Positions 1 to 19,143 of a DNA stretch of 64,000 nucleotides are shown piece by piece. The notes under the pieces were generated by a model, which was not told where the DNA came from, searched no databases, and worked only from the letters and a program-made list of their open reading frames with translations. The stretch lies in the NCBI RefSeq assembly GCF_009914755.1, contig NC_060927.1. One strand, written 5' to 3'. The translations under genes were made by a program, and so were the position numbers. The stretch is from the human T2T-CHM13v2.0 reference genome, Homo sapiens. How positions within the stretch are numbered: position 1 is the stretch's first letter; each line of letters begins with the position of its first letter.

Positions 1-203
1 AGTATAAAATATTAAATTTATATATATATGGATGCAGGCATTACAGAAGCTTTTATTTTCTGCTTTGTACTTTTCTAGTTTTCCAAATATTTGATAAGAA
101 ATATTTAAAATCGCCAGGCACGGTGGCTCATGCCTGTAATCCCATCACTTTGGGAGGCCGAGGTGGGTGGATCATCAGAGGTCAGGAGTTTGAGACCAGC
201 CTA

Positions 204-437
<234 letters not shown>

Positions 438-801
438 TTAAAATCAGAAAAAAATAATTTAAAAAGAGAATTTACATTAGTTCATAGATATACTCCTCCC
501 ATCCCCACAAGAAGCATTCTGGAACACTCTAGAAATTGGAGCGAAAAAGTAACATAATATTTTAAACTTAGAGTTAATATTTATCTGGGGTTCCTAAATT
601 TAAGATTGTAGTTTGATATTAAAAATTATAAAACAGGCACTTGACCTTCACGTGCCTGCTTGGGTTTCTCCCAAGCGAACTTTCCTTTCTTTCCTGTTCT
701 AAAGCCTTTTAAAGTAAACTTTCATTCCTGCTTGGAAAAAAAAATACATATATATATGTGTGTGTGTATATATATATATATAAAATAATTTTTCTACTTA
801 C

Positions 802-1300
802 CTTCTCCAACCATTGTCACGCCTATTGACATGCCTAAGAACTTGCTCTTAGTCCAGACATGCGCATTTACACACATCTTCCTCTCTGTACATTCTGCAT
901 AAAATCCTGAGACTGGAGGATGATGAGAAACCTGCTCAGCAACAAATCTGACTGTGTAACAGTCTGATCCCACCTGGGTCAAAGACTCCCCCGATAAAGG
1001 AGCATGATTTGTGACTCCCTGGGTGGAAGAACTGCTAAAAACACTGGATGCTACCTCGCTTTTTGGCATCTTCCAGGAACAGTGAAATGTTTCTCCAATG
1101 ATAGGATTGTATGGTTTTTTAGCAATGGCTCCCTTACGGCCTTCATGAAATGAGGTAAGGTAGTACTCAACAAAGCGAATCATTCTGTCCTCAGCTGTGG
1201 CTCCATTAGTGATGGCTATAAATAGGTCTGGATGAGACATAAAGTCTGCATACATTTCCAGCAAGGAACGCTTCTCTAGGATAAATGTAGGAAGCACCAC
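802..1300 (-). CDS. OSBPL11: OSBPL11 exon 9 (499 nt): [15 protein letters not shown]...EQVSHHPP...VTMVGE, oxysterol-binding domain; gene continues beyond the window start
   Basis: ORF 794..1300 contains [10 protein letters not shown] and the OSBP fingerprint EQVSHHPP; acceptor gttttag|G, donor AAG|GTAAGT. Confidence 0.97.
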
Positions 1301-2419
1301 CTAAAACAACAATCAATGAAAGAGGGGAAATTTAATCCATGTGTAGCATATCTGTAGACAACTATTCTCTCTCTGAAAACATTTCATTCTAGATGGGTAT
1401 TAAAAACAAAGTCACAAAGAAAAAGTATTCAGTCACATTAAAAAATAAGCATTCTTGGCCAGGCGCAGTGGCTCATGCCTATAATCACAGCCCTTTGGGA
1501 GGCCAAGTTGGGAGGATTGTTTCAGCACAGGAGTTCGAAACCAGCTGAGGCAACATAGTGGAACCGTGTCTCTACAAAAGTTACAAAAATTAGCTGGGCA
1601 TGGTGCCTTGTGCCTGTGGTCCCAGCTGCTCAGGAGGCTGAGGTGGGAGGATCACCTGGGAGGTCAAGGCTACAATGAGCCATGACTGCGCCACTGCACT
1701 TGTACCTGAGCAACAGAGTGAGACCCTGTCTTAACAACAACAACAAAAAAGCATTCTTAAAAGGACAGGCAAATCTGCCCAAGACTAAACATAAATTCAA
1801 GAGAGTCAGAAGAAACTTCAAAAAAATCCTCAAACTTCTAGACTGGATAAAAGTATCACCAGGGAAATGGTGTTAAAACTCAAAGTAAATGTTAGCCATG
1901 CCTTTGCTCCTTTCCTATGTTAAAATTAAATTGTATATGAATGACCAAGACATGAGAAAAGTCAATAAATGTCATTCCCTGAGAACAGACTAAAGAGATC
2001 ACAGACCGAAGCAAAAACTGCAACATATATTTAATCTTAAGCACAAGAGAACTATTTCCAATAAGAGAAATTTTTATACTTAAAACCAGGTAAGTGTAAG
2101 AAAGATAAATATTTTACTTAAAGCAGAGTTGGGAGAGGCACTGCAAAATGGTTTAAACGTCTGAGAAAGCAAAATCTGGCAATATTTTTCAAGAGCCCTA
2201 AGATGTTCTTACCCATTTAGCCTAGTACTTACATTCCAAGAATCTAGCCTTAGGAAATAAATAATTGAATGAAGGAAAAGCAATGTGAAAAAATAATTAG
2301 AACAACCTGCATTTTAAACTACGGTTCTAGCTAACTGAAGTAGGGAACTTTCATTTAATTGACTATTATAGTCATTTAAAAAGACGGTTTTGAAGATGAT
2401 ACAAATAATACAAAAGACA

Positions 2420-4800
<2,381 letters not shown>

Positions 4801-6137
4801 TACTGGTCCAGATTAGAGTGATGTGACTCAAGAGACAGACATACTGAAGACTGTCATCCACATGCTTCATGCTGCCATTGTATCATCTTTTCAAACCTCA
4901 GGATAAAATAGCCTAGTGAAACTGATCCCAAGTGTATCTGTATTTGGCTTGTGTTGACTATCTGCTGGTGAAGTTCTTAGTCTCCTCTCCATGTTCTGCT
5001 GTCTGGATTGGCTGAAGATGCTCATTTCCCCGAAAGAAGCCTTCTGACTTCAATCTATTCCTCAGAGTTGGAGGTAGGTCACAGTTTGCTTTGAAACTGA
5101 AAATACTGAGCAGCTCACTCCCCCAGCCCACATTCCTCCTGTAGCTGACTCACACCAAATGCTCTGGGATGTATATTTTACAGGACTCACAACTTTGCCT
5201 TATAATTTCACAAGAAAGGGCTCTTCTAAACTTTCTCAATAACTTATAAGAAGCTAAAGCCAGAGACTCAAATGTTTAACTTGTCTTTTTCTGGGAGCTG
5301 CTTTCTACAAATGGCAACACAGTCCTTTCCTTATGCTAAGCTTATGTTAGCTATTCATTTTTTCCTAAACATCATTATGGAGTACAAAAAAGCAGTAAAA
5401 CTATAGCAAAAAGTAGAGGGATAATTAACACACAAGTCAAGTAAATTGTTTTATGGAGGAAAAAGTAGAGGACTATAAATTAGAGGGGAACTCAGAGATT
5501 CCAAGTTCAGGCAGTGTTCTACAACTTAATGTCAGAGGTAGATACATGGGTATTCATTTTATCTTTTTTCTTTGAATGTTTATATGTATACCATTCAGTC
5601 TTCTGTGTGTTTAACACATTTCATACACACAAAAATTAACTGAAAAAAGGAAGTAAAACAAAATTCCATATAAACTATGACAATGTGAAGAAAGATAAAA
5701 GTGAGAGCTCTGTTATGTTAGGGTAGTAAAATGATAGATTTTCTTTAGTTTTCTAAAATTTTGTGTTTATATAATTTCATAATATTATTTAAAAAGAAAC
5801 AAAATGAACAGTAGGAAAATGCATATTACTTATTCACAACATGAAGGCTAGGACCATGGTTATCTTATTTGTTCCTGTCCCAAGACCTAGCACAGTGTCT
5901 GGAATATAACAGGGGCCCAGTAAATATTTGTTAATTAAGTGTTATTGTTAGATAAGAGGTAGCTGTGACTGCAGTTTAGTCACCAGGCTCTTTATTTTTA
6001 TTTATTTGTTTATTTTTTTTGAGACAGAATCTAGCTCTGTCGCCCAGGCTAGAGTGCAGTGGCGCAACCTCAGCTTACTGTAACCTCTGCCTCCTGGGTT
6101 CAAGCGGTTCTCCTGCCTCAACCTCCTGAGCAGCTGA

Positions 6138-6395
<258 letters not shown>

Positions 6396-7419
6396 TAACA
6401 CATACAACTTTCTTTTTTTTTTTTTTTTTTTTTTGAGACAGGGTCTCGCTCCGTTGACCAGGCTGGCAGTGGCACAATCTTGGCTCACTGCAACCTCCAC
6501 TTCCCAGGTTCAAGCAATTCTTGTATCTCAGCCACATGGTAGCTGGGACTGCAGTCGTGCACCACCATGCCCAGCTAATTTTTGTATTTTTTGGTACAGA
6601 CAGGGTTTCGCCATGTTGGCTAGGCTGGTCTCGAACTCTTGAGCTCATGTAATCCACCTGCCTTGGCCTCCTAAAGTGCTGCGATTACAGGCATGAGCCA
6701 CCACACCCAGCCACATACAACTTTTTAATCAACAAGGTACAAATGTAGAGAAAGTATAGTATATGCACTTATTCATGCCATGAGAGAACTTCTACCATGT
6801 GGATTACTATCACAGCACACTTTTTTCAAATGCTCTTATGCCTCATAAACCTCAATGCTGCTCTTGTGCCTTATAAATGCAAATCTACTCAGGGACTGCA
6901 AACACCATGCTAACTAATACCAAACAACCCCTTCAGAAGACTATTCATTTTTAACCAATTTCACAACTATGAGGTCTTTTCTGAACCATTAATATGAAAA
7001 TATTTCTAGAACAGAAATGATTCCCAGTTGAAATACTGAAGCTATATAAATAATGAAAGCTTTATGGGTTTCTTTATTAATTCCTAAAATGTCTGCTTCT
7101 TATGCTTTCTATTTAAGTTATATTTTCAGATGAACAGTTCGTTGGAAACAATGTTTTAAATCTACCTTCAATGGCATCAAAAAAATCTCCAATTGACATC
7201 TACCTCCTAAAGTCAATTTTGAAATTCCATACTAATGTAAAATTGTTTCATCAGTAATTCAAAGTAAATAATCCTACAGTAATAAATATTTGACATATAT
7301 AGGTTTTGAACTTGATTGGCTTTTTAAATTAATGTCATGGATTAATTGTTAAGACAAATTAAGGCACACTAGTTAAACTGGGAACAGAGAAAACTGGCCT
7401 AAAATTAAAAACTACAGAT

Positions 7420-7585
7420 TAGTGCTTCTCAAACTTTAATGTATATATGAATCGTCAGGGATCTTATTAAAATGCAGATTCTGGTCCACTAAGTCTGGGA
7501 CTGGGGCCTGAGATTCTGCATTCCTAACAAGTTTCCAGGTGATGGTGATGCTACTGGTCTTCAGATCACACTTAAAGAAGCAAAG
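7420..7585. mobile_element. MER5-type hAT MITE
   Basis: AGTGCTTCTCAAACTT...AAATGCAGATTCTG...CTGAGATTCTGCAT...CACACTT. Confidence 0.8.
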
Positions 7586-7593
7586 CTTTTGGC

Positions 7594-7809
7594 CAGGAAT
7601 CTGCAAACTGTAGTCTTTGGGTTAAATCTGGCCTCCTGTTTTAGTAAATGAAGTTTTGTTGGAATACAGCCATGCCCAATCCAGTATATTGTCTATGGCT
7701 GTTTTTATACTACAAAGGCAGAGTTGAATAGCTACAACAGAGACCTATGTCCACATAGCTGCAAATATTTACTATCTGGCCCTTTACAGAAAAAGTCTGC
7801 AGACTCCTG
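7594..7809. mobile_element. MER58A-type hAT MITE
   Basis: Imperfect TIRs CAGGAATCTGCAAACT / AGTCTGCAGACTCCTG; ATATTTACTATCTGGCCCTTTACAGAAAAAG. Confidence 0.85.
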
Positions 7810-8029
7810 TTATAGATAATACCCCAAATGTATGATCTGCATGTGGGAAGTAAGTGGAAGTGTCAATGCCTTTCATAGTTCTGTAGGATTACGTAATTTT
7901 CTCTACATTTTCCAGTATAGTATACCAATGGACTCTTTAATTTTGTTCTGAAACTCAAAGACAATTGGTATTACTTGCCAGACAACTTCCTGCTGCACAA
8001 GAAAGCCAGAAAGCCTTTTTTTTTAGTGA

Positions 8030-8164
<135 letters not shown>

Positions 8165-8617
8165 TAATTTTTGTATTTTTAGTAGAGACGGGGTTTCACC
8201 ACATTGGCCAGGCTGGTCCCAAACTCCTGACCTCAAGTGATCCGCCCACCTCAGCCATCTCCTGAGACAGGGTTTTGCCACGTTGGCCAGGCTGGTCTTG
8301 AACTCCTGACCTAAAGTGATCTGCCCACCTCAGCCTCCTGAGTTGGGGTTTCACCACGTTGGTCTTGAACTTCTGACCTCAATTGATCCACCTGTCTCAG
8401 CCTCCTGAGACGGGTTTCACCTCGGCCTCCCGAGGAGAGTGGATCATTTGAGATCAGGAGTTCAAGGCCAGCTTGATTATAGGCATGAGCCACTGTGCCT
8501 GGCCAAGAAAGCCATTTTTTATGAAAATAAAAAATACTGATCAGGAGACTAAAAAAAAAAAATCATAAAAAATAAAAATCACAAAAAATAAAAAGACCGG
8601 CCAGGTGCAATGGCTCA

Positions 8618-8888
<271 letters not shown>

Positions 8889-8997
8889 TTAAAATTTAAA
8901 TTTAAAAAGTAAATAAATAAAAAGTCCTGACATAAACATGAACAATTACTGGTACAGCCCTTAACAATCTCCATAGCCAGCTTATGCCATTACTTAC

Positions 8998-9138
8998 TCT
9001 TGTTAAATCCATGCCCAGCTTAAGCTGTGACAAGAGATGTAGGATGACACTACGTTGTTCTTCTACAGCTCCCAGGTCATCCTCTTTGTGGTCACATGTA
9101 TCCTCTATCTCATCATCTGCATTTATTTCTTCAGGCTC
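8998..9138 (-). CDS. OSBPL11: OSBPL11 exon 8 (141 nt): EPEEINADDEIED...QLKLGMDLTR, start of ORD
   Basis: ORF 8902..9153; acceptor ttccatcaag|G, donor AGA|GTAAGT; phase 0-0; LGMDLT lid motif. Confidence 0.95.
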
Positions 9139-9420
9139 CTTGATGGAAAACAAAGCAAAAGTCTAGTATTTTAACTACCTATTCATATCCATTGAGAACA
9201 AAACAATAAATATCAGACTTGAAGACATTTGTATTTGACCTAAGTGAATCTGAGTATGGGCAAAAATCTTTCAGAAATACAACTATTTGTCCATGGTATA
9301 AATTTCCTTCAGAGAGCCCCATTATTGCTGATGTTGAACATATTGCAGTTTTGCCATATATATCACATAAGAACTATTTTTCTTTTTTGGGGGGAAAATA
9401 GAATTTTTCAAAAAGAGTGA

Positions 9421-9684
<264 letters not shown>

Positions 9685-11384
9685 TAGCTCACTACAACCT
9701 CCACCTCCTGGGTTCAAGCGATTCTCCTGCCTCACCCTCCCAAGTAGCTGGGACTACAGGCATACACCACCACACCTGGCTAATTTTTGTGTTTTTAGTA
9801 GAGATGAGGTTTAGCCATGTTGGCCAGGCTGGTCTCAAATTCCTGACCTCAAGTGATCCACTTGCCTTGGCCTCCCAAAGTGCTGGGATTATAGGCATGA
9901 GCCACCACACCCGGCCCCTTAATTGTTTTTTATACACATTTATAATCACATAGCCTCCTCTCTTGTAAAATTTACATGTTTATAATTATACTAAACCTTT
10001 TTTCTCAAAAGACTCTTTCTTCCTAATTTTCCTTTGTGAATGACAATACAATTTTATCTAACCACTGAGAGTCAAAAACTTGGGACTTGACTTGATCCAA
10101 ACCTATATCCAGTCAGTCACAAATCCAATTGATTTTTCATTTGAAATGCACATAATCTATTCATTTGCCTTCATGTCTACTTCCATATCCTTCTATTCAC
10201 ATTTTATTCCAAGTCGTATCATGTACCAATCTTCTTAAACATAGTACATTCTTACCCATGATCATGACGCTATTGTCATTAAGACTAAACCCTTCTGCAT
10301 TATTTTTATGTTATTTGGAGGCACAATTTACACTGCATTCTATGGAGCAGTGCTCCTGGAAGCTTCATTCCACAGAGTACAACATGAATAGTGCCATTCA
10401 GAGTTGTAAAATCCAAAAATACTGTGATCATTTCCCATAAGCCAGGTGTTCTACTAAATTCATTTTATCCTCATAAGGATCTTACAAGGTAGTATATTAT
10501 CCCTACCTTACCGATGAGGAAGTTGAAGCTAAGAGTGGTTAATTAATTGGTTCACATGTCAGTGAATGGCATATCCTGGGTTCAAAATTACCAGGCAAGC
10601 TTTCTCTTCAATAAACACACATGCCTTAGGATCCTTGCTAGTGTTAGTCCTTCATCTTGAGATTCCCATTCTCTTCCTCCTCCCTTCAAATCCTGTCTCC
10701 TTTCAAAGCCCAATTCCAATCCCACTTTCTCCCCAAAGCATTTCTCATGTACCCGACTCAATATGTCTTCTTCCTTTCTCTGAATGCCCCTATCCCAATA
10801 GCCTACATGGTATCAATTAAGAAAAAAATATATTGCTTTATATTATCATCTCATTTTAGTGTATATGTTGTGACTCCAAGCAGATTATAAGTCTCTTCAG
10901 TGAAAAACCTGTATCTTCTAATTTTTGCTTCTCCTCTAATTCTTAGCATTGTACTTGCCATATACTAAGCTTAATAAATACTTACTAACTGCTGTTTCTA
11001 CAAATAAGCCAGTCAAACAGCTACAGAGAAATAAGCATTTTATACATTATTGTTTTTTCTTCTCCCCTGCCAACCCTTGCCTGCAATGCCTGTCTTATCA
11101 AGCCAAAACTTTTGCCAACTTTGGAAGTCCCTGTGCCATATATTTCTTTAAAGAAGTAATTTACGAATATATAAAGTACCATAAACTATGCATTACTCTT
11201 GACTCAGTAATGCTACTTGGTAATATAACTTAAAGAGATAACCTAAGAAAAAAAATAGGAGAAGGCCGGGTGCGGTAGCTCACACCTGTAATCCCAGCAT
11301 TTTGGGAGGCTGAGGTGGGTAGATCACCTGAGGTCCAGAGTTCGAGACCAGCCTGACCAACATGGAGAAACCCCTTCTCTACTA

Positions 11385-11543
<159 letters not shown>

Positions 11544-12316
11544 TCAAAAAAAAAGGAGAAAAAGTTGGAAACAAGATAATAAAGTGTTATTTATAATTAA
11601 AAAAAAAACCCTCCAAACAATCTAGATATTCAACAATAGGGACATTAACTCAATAGACTATTTCAAGCTTTAATTATACAGACCAGTACAACATAGGAAA
11701 ATGCTTATCAAGTAAAAATAGCTTAAAATAACAGATGTGAACACAAAAGGCAAAAATATCAATATGATTTGTTACAGTGGTAGATTATGAATAGAATAAA
11801 ACACTCTTCAGCTTCTAAGAAATGTGAAATGAATAATAGTTTATAAAAATATAAACCCTAAGATTATGTGCTATTTTAAGTAGGGTAATACTTGAAACAA
11901 CTGGCTTGGTAAAGTGCTTACTATGAAAAAGACTCAACTTTTAAGATTATAAACTTAATAATAAATAATGTTAAGATAATAGGTTAAGAAACATAAGAGA
12001 CAAACATTGTGCAAATCTCATTAGATAAGTTATTTTCTAGAAAAAGAAAAACATAAATTTCAATTTTTAAAATATATTTTTATCAAGCAAAAGTAAACTA
12101 AAAGTTAAAAGGGCATATAATTTAACCTGGAAAATTCAACAAGTTTAATATAAGAGACCTCTTCAAAAACAATGCAGTTTAAAATGTTTTAGAATCTTCA
12201 AGAGTGTTGCTCAGGTGTTAAGTTGATGTGCATGAGCTGACAATGAAAAGAAAACTGACCCTTTTTCAGTGATACCTAATTTTTCACATCAAAATCATAT
12301 TTTTATATTACCTTAC

Positions 12317-12462
12317 CCTCGCTAATAGTCCAGATTCTGCAACAGGCTGCTCTTCTGGGACTGCCACCGGCTTACTCTGATCAGTTGCAAAGGGCTGGTC
12401 AGCTCCATTTTTATAGTGGTTTGATAAAGATATCTTTGGTTCTAACCACTCGATTGTCGTTC
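12317..12462 (-). CDS. OSBPL11: OSBPL11 exon 7 (146 nt): (G)TTIEWLEPKISL...ESGLLAR
   Basis: ORF 12308..12502; acceptor ctccatcag|G, donor AGG|GTAAGG; phase 1-0. Confidence 0.94.
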
Positions 12463-13224
12463 CTGATGGAGTAAGAGAAAACTTTCGCTGAAACTTGCTC
12501 ATAATCTAGAAAGTTCGGCAGATGTGGATTTTAACAATTTTGTTTTGAGCCTACAAGCCTAAAAGCAATTAAACCTGTTAAGAGACCCTGCAAGACAGCC
12601 ACTTATATCTCATTAGCATGAGCACCATGATTGGGTATTTTACAACAGAGCAACTTGCAACTTGATATCAGATACTATTTAAAAGAAATCAACCCTGAAT
12701 AGGACTGAATTTACTTCTTGGACAAGTCTGTGAATCACGAAGTATATTCCCAACCTAACAGTTGATTTGTTGTCTTTGTCCCTCTACTGATTAAAAAATA
12801 TGCAATTAGGCTTTAGAGAGGCACAGCTACAGGAGGAGTCTGGGACTGTGAAACAGTAAGATTTGTTTCAATTTGGGATCGAGTCTTACTCTCAGCAACA
12901 ATTGTCTAACCAATCAAAATAATCCCCCGGATCTAATTTAAGAATTGCAAATACATGTCCTTTTTCGAAATCATTTTTTAAAAAGCCCCATACAACTTAA
13001 ACTGAAAGACTCTTCTACTGAATAAATAATAACTGACCCAGTGAAGACAGTGGTCACATTTGGAGACCTGTCATCTTCTCGGTTAATGATTCAAATGTCT
13101 CTTGTTACCCTCGACTAGTTTAACAAAGTGGATTCTATGCCTAATCAATAATGGAAAATGTTCCATTTGATTTCAGTTGCTGATCTAGGTTTCACAGAAG
13201 CTTGGTTATAGAGTGCTATAATAA

Positions 13225-13593
<369 letters not shown>

Positions 13594-14416
13594 TAATTAA
13601 TCAAGTATTTATTGAGCATCTAATATCTAGTGCTGTGTTACTTGACATACTTTTAAAAAATTAAGTAAGCCTGGGCAACACAGACAGACTCCATCTCTAC
13701 AAAAACTAAAAGGAATTAGCCAGCCATGGTGGCATGTGCCTGTAGTCCTAGCTACTTGGGGGGCTAAAGCAGGAGAATAGCATGAGCCTGGGAGGTTGAG
13801 CTGCAGTGAGCCATGATGGTGCCACTGCACTCCCGCCTGGGCAACAGAGTGAGAAGAAATATAAAATAAAAAATATATAATATATTGTCTTAAAAATAAG
13901 CAAATAATTAAGTAGTATAAACTGGAAACAAACTGTTTCATTTGACTGAGAATTATGATTACCAACACTAGAATTAACCCAAATTTCATAGCTAAGCCTA
14001 ACTCATCCAATGTTCAACACAGGGATATAGTTAAGTAAACCAAAATACACTTGTCTCCTCAAAGGAATATAAATACTAAGCAAATTTATAAATAGCATAT
14101 GATTGGAAAACATTTTTGATGTAAAGTGAAAAAAGATACAAACGTATATTTTCCAATAACAACAGGGCAAAAGAAACAAAAACTAAGAAGAAAAAAGAGA
14201 AAACCTGGGATGGGGAGTATACTAATATATCAACAGTGGTGGTTTCTGGTTGGTAGGACAATGCATATTTTTTGTTTCTTCTTTTGACTCTACAGTATTT
14301 TCTATAATGAGTATGTTGCTTTGTAAGAAGAGAAAATTTATATTGAACTACTTACAATTCCTACAAGTCATGAATTCACGTTCACAACTCACAATTTAGA
14401 CTCTTCTATCACTTTG

Positions 14417-14862
<446 letters not shown>

Positions 14863-16013
14863 TGACCCGCCTGCCTCAGCTGCCCAAAGTGCTGAGATTA
14901 CAGGTGTGAGCCACCGTGCCTGGCCCCTACACATTATTTTATACTTATTATTTACATATTTCTTCCCTAAGTGGACTATGAATTTTTTAAGAGGAACATA
15001 CATAACTGATTGGCCTTTCTCAATAGTGCCCTAACCTGCAACTACAATTGCCACTAAAAACAGTTTGTTGGCCGGAATTGTTGAATTTAGGCACACATGA
15101 GGATGAGGTCCATCCTATATCCATCTGAGTAAGGGAAACTGTCTCCTGAGCAGAGACTCTACCTTTCTAAAATACCTTTCTTTTATGAGTAAGGTGAATT
15201 AGTTAAATAACAGAACAAAGAGATGTAAGGTATTAAGTTACTATCATCACTAGCATTATTAAGTTATTGCTCATACAATGTGATGAGCATCTTATTTATA
15301 GAAAGACTCATTTTTTGTAGTCCCGTGCAATAACATTTCCCTAGCACAATTAATTTCAACAAATAGATGTTCTCAAATAGTGGACATATATATATGTGTG
15401 TATATATATATATATTTTTTTTTTAATGGGGTCTCATTCTGTCACCCAGGCTGGAGTGCAGTGGTGGGATCATAGCTTACTGCAGCCTTGGACTCCTGGG
15501 CTCGGGATCCTCCTGCCTCAGCCTCCCAAGTAGCTGAGATTACAGGCATGAGCCACCTCGCCTAGCTACAGATTATTTTTCAAACTGAAAAGTGACTGAT
15601 AGACTTTTATATACTTGAAAATAATGACAGTGGACTAAGCCAAAACTCAAAAAATAATGCCAAGGTTTCTACTTTGGTCAACTGGATGAACAGATGGATA
15701 GTGATGCCACTAATTTTAACATAAATATAGGAGATGCACATTTTGAGTTCAGTTTTTGAGATGTTGAGCTTGAGGTCTCTTCAGGAATGTTCAGTGATAT
15801 TAGACATTAGTCCTAAAATCATTTTAGATTCAAAAAAAGGACACAATCATTAAGAATTTGTATAACATCAGCATGATAATTAAAAACCAACAGGCTCTGG
15901 TTTTCTTCTCCTTTTTTTAAGTTAAGATTTTCTGAAATTAGAATTACAACAAATACAGTCCTTTCCATGTGTTGGCCTTCATTGTGAAGCCCTACCTTTA
16001 ATCGACAACTTAC

Positions 16014-16215
16014 CTGAAGGCAATGAGCCCTTCTGATGTGATGCATGCTGTAACTGGAGAATATGAAAGCAGTCATTTAAGCAGTTCATAGTTGCCATGG
16101 AAGTAGCTTTGAGCATTAAGAGATCCTGGTCCAAGGAACTAAGATGGCCAGAAGTAGGAAGGCATTCAATTCGTCTAATTAAGTCTCTTTGTTGTCCTTC
16201 AGCATGAGACATCAT
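16014..16215 (-). CDS. OSBPL11: OSBPL11 exon 6 (202 nt): MMSHAEGQQRDLIRRIE...QKGSLPS, helical/coiled-coil region
   Basis: ORF 15979..16215; acceptor ttttccttag|A, donor CAG|GTAAGT; phase 0-1. Confidence 0.95.
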
Positions 16216-16863
16216 CTAAGGAAAAAACAGTTCTGTGGGTCCTACTCATGATTTCTGTAAAACATGTATACATACAGTTGCCATTTTAATTACCAGATTC
16301 AGCTTCTGAGCCATTTTTAAAGACCTACTAGGCTAGGCATGGTGGCTCACACCTATAATCCCGGCATTTTGGGAGGCTGAGGTGGGAAGATAACTTGAGC
16401 CCAGGAGTTCAAGACCAGCCTAGGCAACATAGCAAGACCCCAACTCTACATAAAATTTTAAAAATTAGTCAGGCATGGTGGCACATGCCTGTAGTCCCAG
16501 CTACTTGGGAGGCTCAAGTGTGAGGATCACTTGAGCCCAGGAGGTTGAGGCTGCAGTGAGCCATGATCACACCACTGAACTGCAGCCTGGGCAAAAGAGT
16601 AAAACCCCGTCTAAAAAAAAAAAAAAAAAGACATATTAGGCCATATTAGGCTTTTTAAAAGTTCGTTTGGCTATCTTCATTTAATGAACATTTAATGGTG
16701 CTTATCAATTGGGCAAAAGATTGTTATCTAAGGCAGCTGCAATTTTTCTTTGGAAGCAACAAAACTTAAAAGACCTGGCACTTTTTATTAAGAGTAATCG
16801 CAGCACTTTGGGAGGCCGAGGCAGGCAGATCACGAGGTCAGGAGATCGAGACCATCCTGGCTA

Positions 16864-17073
<210 letters not shown>

Positions 17074-17592
17074 TTAAGCCATCAAGTTATCAGAAAGATT
17101 CTAGAAGATCCTTAACAGGAAAATCAAATACTTCATTCCAAAGTTAAATTAAGTTCCAGTCTGGGCTCTCAACCACTTACTTCTTATACCTTTGGTCAGG
17201 CTCAATTTGAACCTACTATGAGTGCATAATGGCTTTCCTGCTTCCTCTTTCCTAACCAAACTTTCTGGTCCTGTTATGTTGCTTTTGGACCAAGTACTGG
17301 ATGCAAGCTTTTCAGTTTAAAAGATTTTAATACACTCTGCTTTTATTAGGAGCATTGTCCAGCTTTCCTAATAGAACCAATGGAGTAACAATGATTGATG
17401 AGCAAGCCAATTTTTTAGAGGAAAAGTGAATTTATGATGCTTAATGACCTTCAGGTGTGAGCAGAAGGCTCTCTAATGGACCATCCTTTGAACACTAGTT
17501 TAGTTCACATAGAAACTCTATATAGTGGACAGACTCTTTTAGCTTTCAGAGGCTCTGTTCCAGGTGATTTTTTTTTTCTTTTTTTGAGATAG

Positions 17593-17769
<177 letters not shown>

Positions 17770-19143
17770 TGATGCCCATGCTGGTCTCAAACTCCTGGGC
17801 TCAAGCGATCCACCCACTGTGGCCTCCCAAAGTGCTGGGATTACAGGCGTGAGTCACTGAGCCCAGCCCAGGTGATTTTTAATATGGCTCATCGGGGGCA
17901 AGTGAAAGAGGTGTACAAAATGATCCTACTAAGCAAATCAGTGTCATATATGGAACAGTCCCTGAAAACATGTACCATAGTTAAGGATCAAACATTTACC
18001 CATCCCAGAAAAAAAGGTTTCATAAGAGGATGAACTGTATGTAGGTATGATGGTATCTATTAATATATACACATTTATACATGCATATATAGTGTGCTTT
18101 GTGTGTGTATAAATGTTTTTGTATACAAATTTAGGAACCAACTCCCATTAATCCAAACTTATGAACACGCAGAACCACTCTGAAATACAGTGTGGCAATA
18201 TCTACTAGACATAAGTAAATATAATTTATGATCCAACAATTACACTCTTAGCTACCTAACCAAGAGATATATACATGCATATGTTCAGCAACTCATGTCC
18301 ATCAACACCAGAATGGATAAAAAATATTATAGCATAAGCATACAGTGAATATTGTACAGCAATGAAAAGGAACAGTTACACTCAACATCCTAAGTAAATC
18401 TCAAACACATACAGTGAACTGAAAAGCAGCCATACCCGAAGGAGTACATACTATATGATTCCAGTTTTAGAAGCATCAAAAATAGGCAAAATAAATCTAT
18501 GGTGTTCAGGATAGTGAGGAAGGGTGTTGTGATGAGGGGCACAGAAGTGGCCCTAGGGTGCTCGTAACATTTAACTTCTTAATCCAGGAGGTGGTTATGC
18601 AGAAATTACAAGAGGCACACTTATAATTTGTGTACTTTTCTATAGTATGTTATAAGCCAATAAAAGTTTAACAAAGGAAAAAGAATCTTAAGACATTCAC
18701 AGCATAATCAGAAGTCACAATATAAAAACACTTGAAAGAGAAAATAGTATGTTTCTTTGTGTAGAAGGCCCAAAAGAGCCACCTGCTAGTAATGGTGTTA
18801 GAAGTGGTCAAAGAAAGTAATGTTCTTAGCTAGAAAAAATAAAATTAAAAAAAATATAATTGTATCTTTGGGAGGCCAGGGTGGGAGGGTCACTTGAGGC
18901 CAGGAGTTCAAGACCATCCTGGGGAACACAGCAAGACACCCATCTCTAGCAAAAAAAAAAAAAAAAAGAAAGAAAGAAAAAAGAAAAAATAAGCTGTGTG
19001 TGGTGGTGTGTGCCTGTAATCCCAGCTACTTGGGAGGCTGAGGCGGGAGGACTACTTGAGCTCAAGAGTTCGAGGCTGCAGTGAGCTATGCACTCCAGCC
19101 TGGCAACAATGAGACACTGTCTCTCAAAAACAAAGTACATATA

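Noticed and set aside
9136-9141. AAG GAG tandem (NAGNAG) acceptor at exon 8
   Set aside because: Distal GAG acceptors are rarely used and the effect would be one residue
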